Positions 32,023 through 47,458 of a stretch of DNA of 64,000 bases are shown one piece after another. Numbering within the stretch: position 1 is the stretch's first letter; every line of letters begins with the position of its first letter. A program made the translations under genes and the position numbers. The stretch lies in NCBI RefSeq assembly GCF_009914755.1, contig NC_060927.1; one strand, given 5' to 3'. A model generated the notes under the pieces. The model did no database searches. It was not told where the DNA came from and saw only the letters and a list, made by a program, of their open reading frames with translations. Source of the DNA: the human T2T-CHM13v2.0 reference genome, Homo sapiens.

Positions 32023-32088
32023 TTTAGAGTATTTTTGACCAATGAATTCAGATACTTCTTAAGGGCACTATTGAATTATCCAATACAT

Positions 32089-32334
32089 CAAGAATTGGCA
32101 CACATTTTCTTTAAAAGTCCGTATAGTAAAATATTTTAGGCTTTCCAGGCTGCATGGTCTTGCTAGTGACTATACAACTCTGCCATTGCAGTGCATAATG
32201 GTCAAACACCATACATAAATAATTGAGCATGTGTTCTTACACACACACCACACAAACAGATACACACATTATACACAAAAATGGTGGTGAGCTTAAACTG
32301 GGCCATGGGCTGAGCTGTAGTTTGCTGATCCCTG
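32089..32334 (-). mobile_element. MER58A (hAT-Charlie) with internal CA-rich stretch
   Basis: ...TAGTAAAATATTTTAGGCTTT...TAGTTTGCTGATCCCTG; 8-bp TSD CAATACAT/TAATACAC. Confidence 0.8.
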
Positions 32335-32599
32335 TAATACACCATCCACATACCAGTGCTTACTCTAAGTAATATCAAGTGATATCAGTATAGACTTTAA
32401 AGGGAGTGGACAGAAAATTCAGTTATCTCAATAGTTGCCATTTTTGCCATATAAATTTATTTCTGAAAAAAATAGAAGAGCTATTAGAAACATAAGAAAT
32501 TATTCAGTTAATGACAAAATATTAAGGTAATTTCCACTAGGCTTGAAGTAAAGAACATGAAAAGAATGCCTGGTACACATTCATTATTCAGTGATGATG

Positions 32600-34125
32600 A
32601 TTAGGCAGTGGAATAAAAAAGCAAAAAATGTGGAATAAATATTGGAAAGAAGGAGAGCAAATTATAATTTTTTTATAAGGAGTATGAAACTCTACCTGGA
32701 ATATCTAAGACTATCAACTGCAAAACTTGTAAAATTAGAAAATCAACAATAAGGTAAACATTAAGAAACAATTGCTTTGCTATATACCACCAATTGCACT
32801 TAGAAAATGTAATAGTAAAGATTTTACTAACAATAAGCCAGAAATTTAAAATGCCAAGGAGTAAATTAAGAAACATGTAAAACCTAAATGAAGGGACCAC
32901 AACATTTTTCTGAAGGACATAAAATACTACCAAGAATAATGAAGTGGTTGTTGAGTTTCTAGATAAAAGATTTAGTAATTTTAAAATGTCAATTTTCCTT
33001 ATATATATTTATGAATTTAATGTAAGCCACTCAAAATTCCTACAAATCTTTTGTGGAAGTGGACAAGTGATTTTAAAATTCTGTGGGAAGATAAAATGTG
33101 AAGACAGAATTAAGCAAAATGTGAAAAAGAGGAACATTGAGGGACACTTGCCTTTCCAAATATCAGAATTTCTGTAAGGTCACTGTAATTTAAAGTGTTC
33201 TGTAGTTTTGAAAAATAAACAATAGATCAATGATACAGAATATGGACTTCACAGGTTAACTCATATAAAAAGAAATTTGTAATAAAGATAATATTTCAAC
33301 TCGGCAAATGGATAAACTATTTCATAAAGTATCTTGAAACAATCATTTTGTTCATTTGAAAACAAGCATAAATCTTCATCCTTTCCTCATGCCATATATA
33401 AAATAAATTCCAGATGGCCTAACAATCTAAATATACGAATTTATTAAAGCATTAGAAAATATTTTACAAGCTCAGGCTAGGAAATGTCTTTCGTAAGACA
33501 CCATACAATCCTGGACCCAAGAAGGAAAATACTGAGATATTTTATCTAAATAGGGTATATGGGTGTGTGGGTGTGGGTGGGCGTGTGTGTGTGGACACAA
33601 TATATAATATGCAGCAATTCATATTTTGGCAAAGGCTTAATATCTCCAATATAGAAAAGGCTCCTAAAATTCATTGAAATTAGAAAGTATATTTTTTCCA
33701 AAAAAATGAACAAAGTCTACATATATTTAATATTTTCTTACATGGCAGGGGGTATTTTTAAAGCATCTTATTTATTTAATCCTCACAAAAATTTTATTTT
33801 ATATATTTTTTCCAAACATTACTAATCATTTTAGAAAAGCATGTTAAAAATGTTCCTCTATCTGATGGATGAAAGTTTTAAAGACTCAGAATATGAAGTG
33901 TTAGCAAGGTTTGGGGATAAGATTACCCTCATCTACATAGGGGGAATAAGCACAGAATTTTTGGAGGACAATTTGGCTGCTTGGTCACTCTTTAAAATGA
34001 TCATGACTTTTGACTTAGCAATTCCACTTATAGAAAATTCTCCTGCATAAATACTTGCATATATGTATTAAAATACATGCATAAGGATAATTAGAGAAGT
34101 ATTGTTTCTGATAGAAAAAAATGGA
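32600..34125 (+). mobile_element. Highly decayed ancient L1M (L1ME-type) ORF2 3' region
   Basis: Recognisable pieces such as AATAAATTCCAGATGG and TTTGACTTAGCAATTCCACTTATAG (FDLAIPL). Confidence 0.65.
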
Positions 34126-35883
34126 ACAATAATGTTGCAGTGCATTACTGTTACAAACCAAGAATAAGACAGAGAAATGTGATTACTCTTTTACCTTAAA
34201 TTGTTTGAAAAAATTTGCCCAAGAGTTGGAAACAGGCAAAAGAGGTTTCTGGATATTCTTCCAATGGAGTAGAGTTGTCCATGGTGACTCTACATGAATG
34301 ATCTGATTCCATAAGGTGGGTGCAACTTTTTCATTCTATTAAGTAAGCTATTTTATAACTGAAATGGTAGAAGTTTTAGAAACAGATATTAATGCAAATG
34401 ATTCCTGTTCATAGGAATGCAAATGAATTACTCCATATAAATACAATCGACTTGGGCCTTATGGAAAAAGATAATCTCAAACATAAAATTTAATTGCTCC
34501 ATGGAATATTAAGCAGTTTTACATTTATTAACAAATTATATTTCACAATCCTGATTGCATATATATATATAAAATGTTTGTTCTTCAATTTGGCCTTTGA
34601 ACTTGTTATTTAACCATTATTTAACATATTATTGACTCCCTGATTAATTTATGAATTTAGAACAAACTTTGATGTGATTGTTTTATATTTGCATGAGAGT
34701 CAGGATAGGACTTTTGTGAAAGTTATAGATCAGTACAATACTAAAGTGGTTAACTTTTATGAGACAAGAAGTTCTTTATTGCATGGTCTTGGCTATGGCT
34801 GTAACCATTTTTTCTTATTTAAAATCAAAATGGATTTTATTATGCCCTGGACAAGAATTAGATTCTATTTAGTGATACTGTTGAACTCTAGGTTGGGATA
34901 ATTATGAGGCTTATCTGTTATACATGAAAACAAGAAACGTTTTCTGGACGTTCTGTGTCATCTTATCTCAAGGTCCTTCAACACAGATCTAAGATAAAAT
35001 TTATGCTAAAAGAGAAGGGGATTATGGACACGAAAAAAATTGAGGCATTCTAGTGAACTTATTTAAAAAAACAAAACCAAACAAACCTCAGCTTCTGTGA
35101 AAGTTAACGTATTAAGAATAGCCCTTAAAATATTTTTTAATTTTTAAAATTCTTAAATTTTTTCCCCTTTACCAAGGTAAAATGCATCATCATATTAAAT
35201 TTCAACAAAACAGACTCTTGCCCTGTTCTATCCATTTGGCCACATGTGGGTTATCAACATTGGTATTTGTTGAGGCAGAAGTGAAGGCACAATTGTGTAG
35301 ACTTTGTCATGCAGCCAATTCATTCATTCTTCTTGCCACATAAGCAATGCCTCAGGGAGAGAAAAAAATTAAGGTGCTTAAGGAAAGGAAACAAAAAAAC
35401 AGAACTCAATCTGTACAGCTCAGTGAAGTACCACTTGCTTTATCCTTTCATACAATCAGTTAATCACCCTATAAAATGCTGAAATCATCAGAGCCTGAGC
35501 TGAAACAGTGAGTTCAATTTTTTTCTCTCCTTTAAATGTCTCCTTTTCAGTTATACAGTATTTTATGAAAAACTGATGTCTTGGTAGTCAACATGATGAA
35601 TGTGGGGACACGCAGGGAATAGTTTAAGGAGTTTGTTTTAACAGTTATGCATTTAAATTGTCCCATTATAGTGGACATGTTTCTACTGCCAACAAAAAAT
35701 CAGTTCTTAAAGATCCAGTTCTCCTAGAGTTTTTTTACTGCTTTCAATCATTTTGATAGCAATCCTGATGAATTCATGAATTAAAATTATTTCATCCAAA
35801 TGTTAGATTTCAAGGTGGCAGTTCAGGGTCTTCTTTTCTTGTATTGCAGGGACTTAACATATAATACTAAAGACATTTTGAGT

Positions 35884-35995
35884 TAAAAATATGATATATT
35901 CTCTAAGGAAAACCTTTAGATATCTAGGTGCAGTGGGGCTAAAAATATGATATATTCTCTAAGGAAAACCTTTAGATATCTAGGCGCAGTGGGGC
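35884..35995. repeat. 56-bp tandem duplication
   Basis: 35884-35939 and 35940-35995 are identical except one TG/CG difference. Confidence 0.95.
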
Positions 35996-36279
35996 ATTTG
36001 CCTGAAAGCAATTAAGTTTTACAATGTATATCTGTATAAAAACCATTCCTGCTACTCAATGTACTTTTGTTTCAGTCTAGTTCTTAAGTCAAGGTCCTAG
36101 CCTCAGAACCTGTTCCTAATAGCTGCACAAGAATTTATTGAATCAATGAGCACATAGAAAACATTATGCATTATTCTGTTCCATCAGTGGGAGAACAAAG
36201 ATAAATTCTTTTTATTTCTCTTTGCCCTTCTTTGCCTACTTACCCCCAAATCATGAATTTACACAATAACATAGCTGGA

Positions 36280-36445
36280 TCTTAACAACCATTAAAGTCA
36301 ATTTCTATACTTTACAGATGGAGCATCTGAGGCTTGGAGTTTTGAAGGGGCTTACCCATGTCTACACAGCAAGTTAATGGCATAACAGCCAGATGCAAAT
36401 CCATGCCTTCCAGCTGTAAATCCAATGACACTCATTATGTCAGAC
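36280..36445 (-). mobile_element. MIR
   Basis: TTTACAGATGGAGCATCTGAGGCT...ACACAGCAAGTTAATGGCA. Confidence 0.7.
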
Positions 36446-36924
36446 TGTGTTTTTGGGTTTGGTGTGTTTCCATAACATCAGTAAAGGTTAGAGCGAGACT
36501 CTGGCAACCTGTCCAGGTCTTTTGGCTTTTTTTCCTTCTGGAGGGAAAAGAGAAAGGTCCTAAAAGACTTTTTGGTGTTTGTTTGTTTTTTCTTTCACTG
36601 CCCACATCTTTGGAAGCACCTCAGAGTTGGCAAACATCCCCTTAGTTGCCTGTCATCAGCTTTAGTTATTTCATTCACACAAGCAGAGTCATTTCTGAGC
36701 TTTCCACAAAGCAGTGCTACTGTCAACACAATCAGGCCAGAGTCAAAGTACTATTCTATGATTACATGTAAACATGGCTGAGATTTAAGAAAATGTTCTT
36801 GCCAGCACTCTTTTTTTCCTTTTATTATTATACTTTAAGTTTTAGGGTACATGTGCACATTGTGCAGGTTAGTTACATATGTATACAAGTGCCATGCTGG
36901 TGCGCTGCACCCACTAACTCGTCA

Positions 36925-40879
<3,955 letters not shown>

Positions 40880-40927
40880 TTATTTTGCTCATTAGTTGAT
40901 GCAGTTTCTTCCTAGTCTCAATGGTCT

Positions 40928-41944
40928 TTACATTTTGGCATGATTTTGCAGCGGCTGGTACCGGTTGTTCCTTTCCATGTTTAGTGCTTCCTTCAGGAGC
41001 TCTTTTAGGGCAGGCCTGGTGGTGACAAAATCTCTCAGCATTTGCTTGTCTGTAAAGTATTTTATTTCTCCTTCACTTATGAAGCTTAGTTTGGCAGGAT
41101 ATGAAATTCTGGGTTGAAAATTCTTTTCTTTAAGAATGTTGAATATTGGCCCCAACTCTCCTCTGGCTTGTAGAGTTTCTGCTGAGAGATCCGCTGTTAG
41201 TCTGATGGGCTTCCCTTTGAGGGTAACCCGACCTTTCTCTCTGGCTGCCCTTAACATTTTTTCCTTCATTTCAACTTTGGTGAATCTGACAATTATGTGT
41301 CCTGGAGTTGCTCTTCTCGAGGAGTATCTTTGTGGTGTTCTCTGTATTTCCTGAATCTGAACGTTGGCCTGCCTTGCTAGACTGGGGAAGTTCTCCTGGA
41401 TAATATCCTGCAGAGTGTTTTTCAACTTGGTTCCATTCTCCCCATCACTTTCAGGTACACCAATCAGACGTAGATTTGGTCTTTTCACATAGTCCCATAT
41501 TTCTTGGAGGCTTTGCTCATTTCTTTTTATTCTTTTTTCTCTAAACTTCCCTTCTCTCTTCATTTCATTCATTTCATCTTCCATTGCTGATACCCTTTCT
41601 TCCAGTTGATCGCATTGGCTCCTGAGGCTTCTGCATTCTTCACGTAGTTCTCGAGCCTTGGTTTTCAGCTCCATCAGCTCCTTTAAGCACTTCTCTGTAT
41701 TGGTTATTCTAGTTATACATTCTTCTAATTTTTTTTCAAAGTTTTCAACTTCTTTGCCTTTGGTTTGAATGTCCTCCTGTAGCTCAGAGTAATTTGATCG
41801 TCTGAAGCCTTCTTCTCTCAGCTCGTTAAAGTCATTCTCCGTCCAGCTTTGTTCCGTTGCTGGTGAGGAACTGCATTCCTTTGGAGGAGGAGAGGCGCTC
41901 TGCTTTTTAGAGTTTCCAGTCTTTCTGTTCTTTTTTTTCCCCAT
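40928..41944 (-). CDS. L1 ORF1p (RNA-binding chaperone), open 338 aa
   Basis: Full-length MGKK...NHAKM with REKG and YPAKLS intact; ARRE motif reads ARGE. Confidence 0.9.
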   Translation of the reverse strand: MGKKKNRKTGNSKKQSASPPPKECSSSPATEQSWTENDFNELREEGFRRSNYSELQEDIQTKGKEVENFEKKLEECITRITNTEKCLKELMELKTKARELREECRSLRSQCDQLEERVSAMEDEMNEMKREGKFREKRIKRNEQSLQEIWDYVKRPNLRLIGVPESDGENGTKLKNTLQDIIQENFPSLARQANVQIQEIQRTPQRYSSRRATPGHIIVRFTKVEMKEKMLRAAREKGRVTLKGKPIRLTADLSAETLQARGELGPIFNILKEKNFQPRISYPAKLSFISEGEIKYFTDKQMLRDFVTTRPALKELLKEALNMERNNRYQPLQNHAKM

Positions 41945-42855
41945 CTTTGTGGTTTTATCTACTTTTGGTCTTTGATGATGGTGATGTACAGATGGGTTTT
42001 TCGTGTGGATGTCCTTTCTGTTTGTTAGTTTTCCTTCTAAAAGACAGGACCCTCAGCTGCAGGTCTGTTGGAGTACCCTGCTGTGTGAGGTGTCAATCTT
42101 CCCCTGCTGGGGGGTGCCTCCCAGTTAGGCTGCTTGGGGGTCAGGGGTCAGGGACCCACTTGAGGAGGCAGTCTGCCCGTTCTCAGATCTCCAGCTGCAT
42201 GCTGGGAGAACCACTGCTCTCTTCAAAGCTGTCAGACAGGGACATTTAAGTCTACAGAGGTTACTGCTGTCTTTTTGTTTGTCTGTGCCCTGCCCCCAGA
42301 GGTTGAGCCTACAAAGGCAGGCAGGCAGGCCTCTTTGAGCTGTGGTGGGCTCCACCCAGTTCGAGCTTCCTGACTGCTTTGTTTACCTAAGCAAGCCTGG
42401 GCAATGGCATGCACCCCTCCCCCAGCCTCGCTGCCACCTTGCAGTTTGATCTCAGACTGCTGTGCTAGCAATCAGCGAGACTCCGTGGGTGCAGGACCCT
42501 CCAAGCCATGTGCGGGATATAATCTCCTGGTGTGCTGTTTTTTAAGCCCATTGGAAAAGCGCAGTATTCAGGTGGGAGTGACCCGATTTTCCAGGTGCCA
42601 TCTGTCACCCCTTTCTTTGACTAGGAAAGGGAACTCCCTGACCCTTTGCGCTTCCCGAGTGAGGCAATGCCTCACCCTGCTTCAGCTCACACACGGTGCG
42701 CACACCCACTGACCTACGCCCACTGTCTGGCACTCCCTAGTGAGATGAACCCGGTACCTCAGATGGAAATGCAGAAATCACCCGTCTTCTGCGTCGCTCA
42801 TGCTGGGAGCTGTAGGCCAGAGCTGTTCCTATTCGGCCATCTTGGCTCCTCCCCC
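41945..42855 (-). promoter_or_regulatory. L1 5'UTR internal sense/antisense promoter with intact YY1 site
   Basis: CAAGATGGCCG (reverse complement at ~42834-42844); many CpGs decayed to TG/CA. Confidence 0.75.
42404..42712 (+). CDS. L1 antisense ORF0 homologue, 102 aa
   Basis: MACTPPPASLPPCSLISDCCASNQRDSVG matches the ORF0 N-terminus; lies antisense in the 5'UTR; expression not shown. Confidence 0.6.
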   Translation: MACTPPPASLPPCSLISDCCASNQRDSVGAGPSKPCAGYNLLVCCFLSPLEKRSIQVGVTRFSRCHLSPLSLTRKGNSLTLCASRVRQCLTLLQLTHGAHTH

Positions 42856-42889
42856 TCGCCAGCACTCTTTTTAAGGAGTTCTACCATTA

Positions 42890-43430
42890 CAGCAGGTTGG
42901 CAAAGGACTTGAGAGCCATGATGAAGGTTCTGGTAGGTCAGGGGTTGTCATGGAGGGATTTTAATTTAGGAAATGAAATATTCAATTGACTTTTGTAAAA
43001 GTAACTTTAGAAAAGTAACTATGGCAGTAGCATGTTAGCATGAAAGTAAGACTGGATTCCGGGGGAACAATTAGGAGGCAGTAGCTATAATCCTGGTGGT
43101 TCTTTGCAGGTGATTTGATCTCAGAGGTCATAGAAATGCAGAAAAGTGAAAGGACTTGAGAGGTATTTTATGGTAGAATAGTCAGGAACTGATAATTGTT
43201 TGAATCTGATAGAGAGGAGGGTGAGAGATTAGGAGACTCAAAAATGATTCCCAGGTTTCTGGCTTGGTTGATTGGGTGGGTAGATGTCCCATTCATAAGA
43301 ATGAGAAGTCTGGAGAAAGGACAGGTTTGGAGGGGAATATGTTAAGTTTTTGTTCATGTTGAGTTTTAGTACCTTAGGACACCCAAGTAGAAACGTCCTG
43401 CAGACAGTCAGATATACTATACAGAACTTA
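42890..43430 (-). mobile_element. L2 fragment
   Basis: TTAGGAGGCAGTAGCTATAATCC...AATGATTCCCAGGTTTCTGGCTTGG. Confidence 0.7.
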
Positions 43431-43529
43431 AATTTGTAGAGGATTATTCAAACAAGTGTGGGCAATTTGCCCAGTCTACAGCCCAGCCCAGAGAACTGTT
43501 CCCACTCTAACCTTATATTCTAGTGCCCA

Positions 43530-44005
43530 CCCCAAACCCTCACTCCCCTCCAGCTACACTGGCTTCATTGGTGAGTCTCCAAAACACCAGGCACACTCTG
43601 GATTGGAGGCCTTGTCAGTGGCTGTTTCGTCTGCTTGGAATGTTCTCCTCCCCAAATCTGCACAGCCAATTTTATTATCTCCTTCAAGGCTTTGCTCATT
43701 CTCCTTCTCAATGTGGCCTTACCAAGATCACACTGTTTAAAATTGTAATCACAGCCCCTTCCCCGACATATTACTGATCTTTTTTAGCTCTACTTACTCT
43801 TTATTTCATAGTTCTTATCATCTTGTATTGTATTGTATTAGATCATGTGTTTATTCATGATATTTATTGCTTATTATGTCTCTCCCACTGCAGGAAAGGA
43901 AGGTCCATATGGGCAAGGATCTTTGTCTGTTCACTGATGTATCCCAAGTGCCCAGAACAGTGCTTGGGACACAATGAGTTCTCAATAAATATTTGTTGTC
44001 TATAT
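43530..44005 (+). mobile_element. L2 3' fragment
   Basis: CTCCAGCTACACTGGC...GGGCAAGGATCTTTGTCTGTTCACTG...CTCAATAAATATTTGTTG. Confidence 0.75.
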
Positions 44006-44134
44006 TAATGTTTGCTTAGCACAAAAGTTCTCCATTTTATTGACTTACTGAAGCACCAGAATCTCCATGTGGGAGCCCCTATTTCTATCAATCACTCTCT
44101 CCCCTGCATTACCACAATGCAACAGATTCTTAGA

Positions 44135-44590
44135 GTAGTGATTCTCAAATTTAGACACACTGATGAATCACCTGAGAATGAATATATATATATATTAGAG
44201 ATAGGGTCTTGCTCTGTCACCCAGGCTGGAGTGCAGTGGCACAGTTACAGTTCACTGTAGCCTCAAAATCCTGGGCTCAAGCAATCTTATTTCTTCAGCC
44301 TCCTGGGTAGCTAGGATTATAGGCACACACCACCATGCCCAACTAATTTTTTAAATTTTTTGTAGAGACAAGGTCTCACTATGTTGCCCAGGCTGGTATT
44401 GATCTCCTGACCTCCAGTGATCATCCTGCCTTGGCCTCCCGAAGTGCTGAGATTACAGGCTTCACCTGGGCATATTTTAAAAATGCAGGTTAGGACCAAT
44501 AAGTGAATGTGAAACCAGAGATTCTGCATGCTTATCAAGCTTCCACTAATGCCAATGCTAACGGTCTGTGGACCACAGGTTGATAGCAAG
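44135..44590. mobile_element. MER5-type hAT element interrupted by AluJ
   Basis: AGTGATTCTCAAA...GAATCACCTG and ...GGTCTGTGGACCACA. Confidence 0.6.
44182..44460 (-). mobile_element. AluJ with (AT)n tail, slightly 5'-truncated
   Basis: CACTGTAGCCTC, CCTGGGCTCAAGCAATC, CACTATGTTGCCCAGG; TSD TCACCTGAGAAT/TCACCTGGGCAT. Confidence 0.92.
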
Positions 44591-44904
44591 AACTTAAGAA
44601 AACATCCAACTACTGGTTAATACCTGCCAAAAGTCACAGACACTTTTCTGTATGTTAGCAGATTGTCATTTCTAGGAAGAAAAAACAATATAGAATAACA
44701 TGAATTAGGTAACAATACATTAAGACAATTAAGTGCCAGAAGCAATGATGCACATGATTGTTACTTGTGAGAATTGAGGAAAGGGGACATCAAAGTGGTA
44801 GGGGAGAGTATTCACCTATGATAATTGGTTGAGAGACAATTGGTTAAGAAATGTTTAGTTACTATCAAAGAACAGAGTGATGTATTGAATATTCATTAAG
44901 TAAT

Positions 44905-45120
44905 ATTTCAAACAAATTCAGTGCCTGTTACATGCCAGGTACTTTATGTATATTATCCTAATCTCCCTTTCAATCTGTAAAATTGTATTATTATCTCCTT
45001 TTGATGAAGGAGAAGAGTTAAATAGCTGGACTCAGTACACAGCTAGTAACTGTTTGTCTGTTATTGGAGCTGTTGAATATCAAAGCTCCTTTTCTTTCTA
45101 CTACAACAGTATCATGCCTT
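44905..45120 (-). mobile_element. MIR fragment
   Basis: GTGCCTGTTACATGCCAGGTACTTT...ACACAGCTAGTAA. Confidence 0.6.
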
Positions 45121-45364
45121 TAAGAAGTGAATGAGTCTGACTGTGGTGTCCTCTGCTTACCAGAAATCCTCAGGTTCCTCCAGCCTCTGAATAATTTGGA
45201 GTGAACCTATCAGGTGCTCTGGAAACAATAAACAATTGATGGATTGTGGCTTTATTCTCCACTTCTCATCTTTCCTCAGTTACACTCTAACTCCCCTTTC
45301 ATTTGGGGCTCCAATGTTGAGACATAAGCACATAATATCCATCTCTTGGGCCCAAGTGATGATA

Positions 45365-45590
45365 GCAGGCTCTAGACTTCCAGGTCTTCCCTATCTTCTG
45401 TTATCCTTGTTTCTTTGGGCCAGTTATTTAATCTCTGTAAAGCTCAGTGGCCTCATTTGTTAATGAACATAATAATAGTATTTGCCTAATAGGGCTGTTA
45501 ATGAGGATCAGAAGGGATTGTGTTTACAAATATCCTAACCCTGTACCTGACACATAATAAGGACTAAGTGAATGCAAGTGATAATAGCAC
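45365..45590 (+). mobile_element. MIR fragment
   Basis: TTGGGCCAGTTATTTAATCTCTGT...CCTGACACATAATAAG. Confidence 0.65.
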
Positions 45591-45914
45591 ATCCTACAGG
45601 ATTTTATCTTTTCCTTCACCAACAGTGAGCAACTTGAAGGCCTCAAGTGTAAGATATTCATTCTCCTATCTCCATACCCAATAATATTACACAAATAAAT
45701 ACATGCTTTGTAATAAGTGAACTGACCATTATTCCACTGAGTCCAGTAAATATCCAGGTTTCTAGTAAATGCTGAGCTTGCATTTAGTGGTGAGGGGATG
45801 TGCAAATTTGAAAATATACAAACTCTATCTTTGAGGCATCTAGACTAAGTGGGATGTAGTTCTAATGTAAACAAGGTTGAGTGACATCTATTTGTTGAAT
45901 TAAATAATTTTAGA

Positions 45915-46150
45915 TAGTAATAAAAATAGCTACCAGTTTTTTACCCTCTCGTTATATGCCTGGCACAGGCATAATTTTATTTTACCCTAATACCAACCCT
46001 GTGTGATAGGTACTATTTTCATCCTTATTTAAAATAAAAGTAATGTCTCAAAAGGTTAAGCAACTTATTCAAGTACAATCAGTTAAAAAGTACTATAACC
46101 AGTACTTAAATCCAGGAAAATGTGACTCCAAGACTCATACACTTTTCATT
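45915..46150 (-). mobile_element. MIR fragment
   Basis: AATAGCTACC...AGGTTAAGCAACTT...TGTGACTCCAAGA. Confidence 0.7.
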
Positions 46151-46160
46151 GCCCTCTCTA

Positions 46161-47458
<1,298 letters not shown>

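Noticed and set aside
35884-35995. CRISPR-like array
   Set aside because: Only two adjacent copies, no spacers, eukaryotic context.
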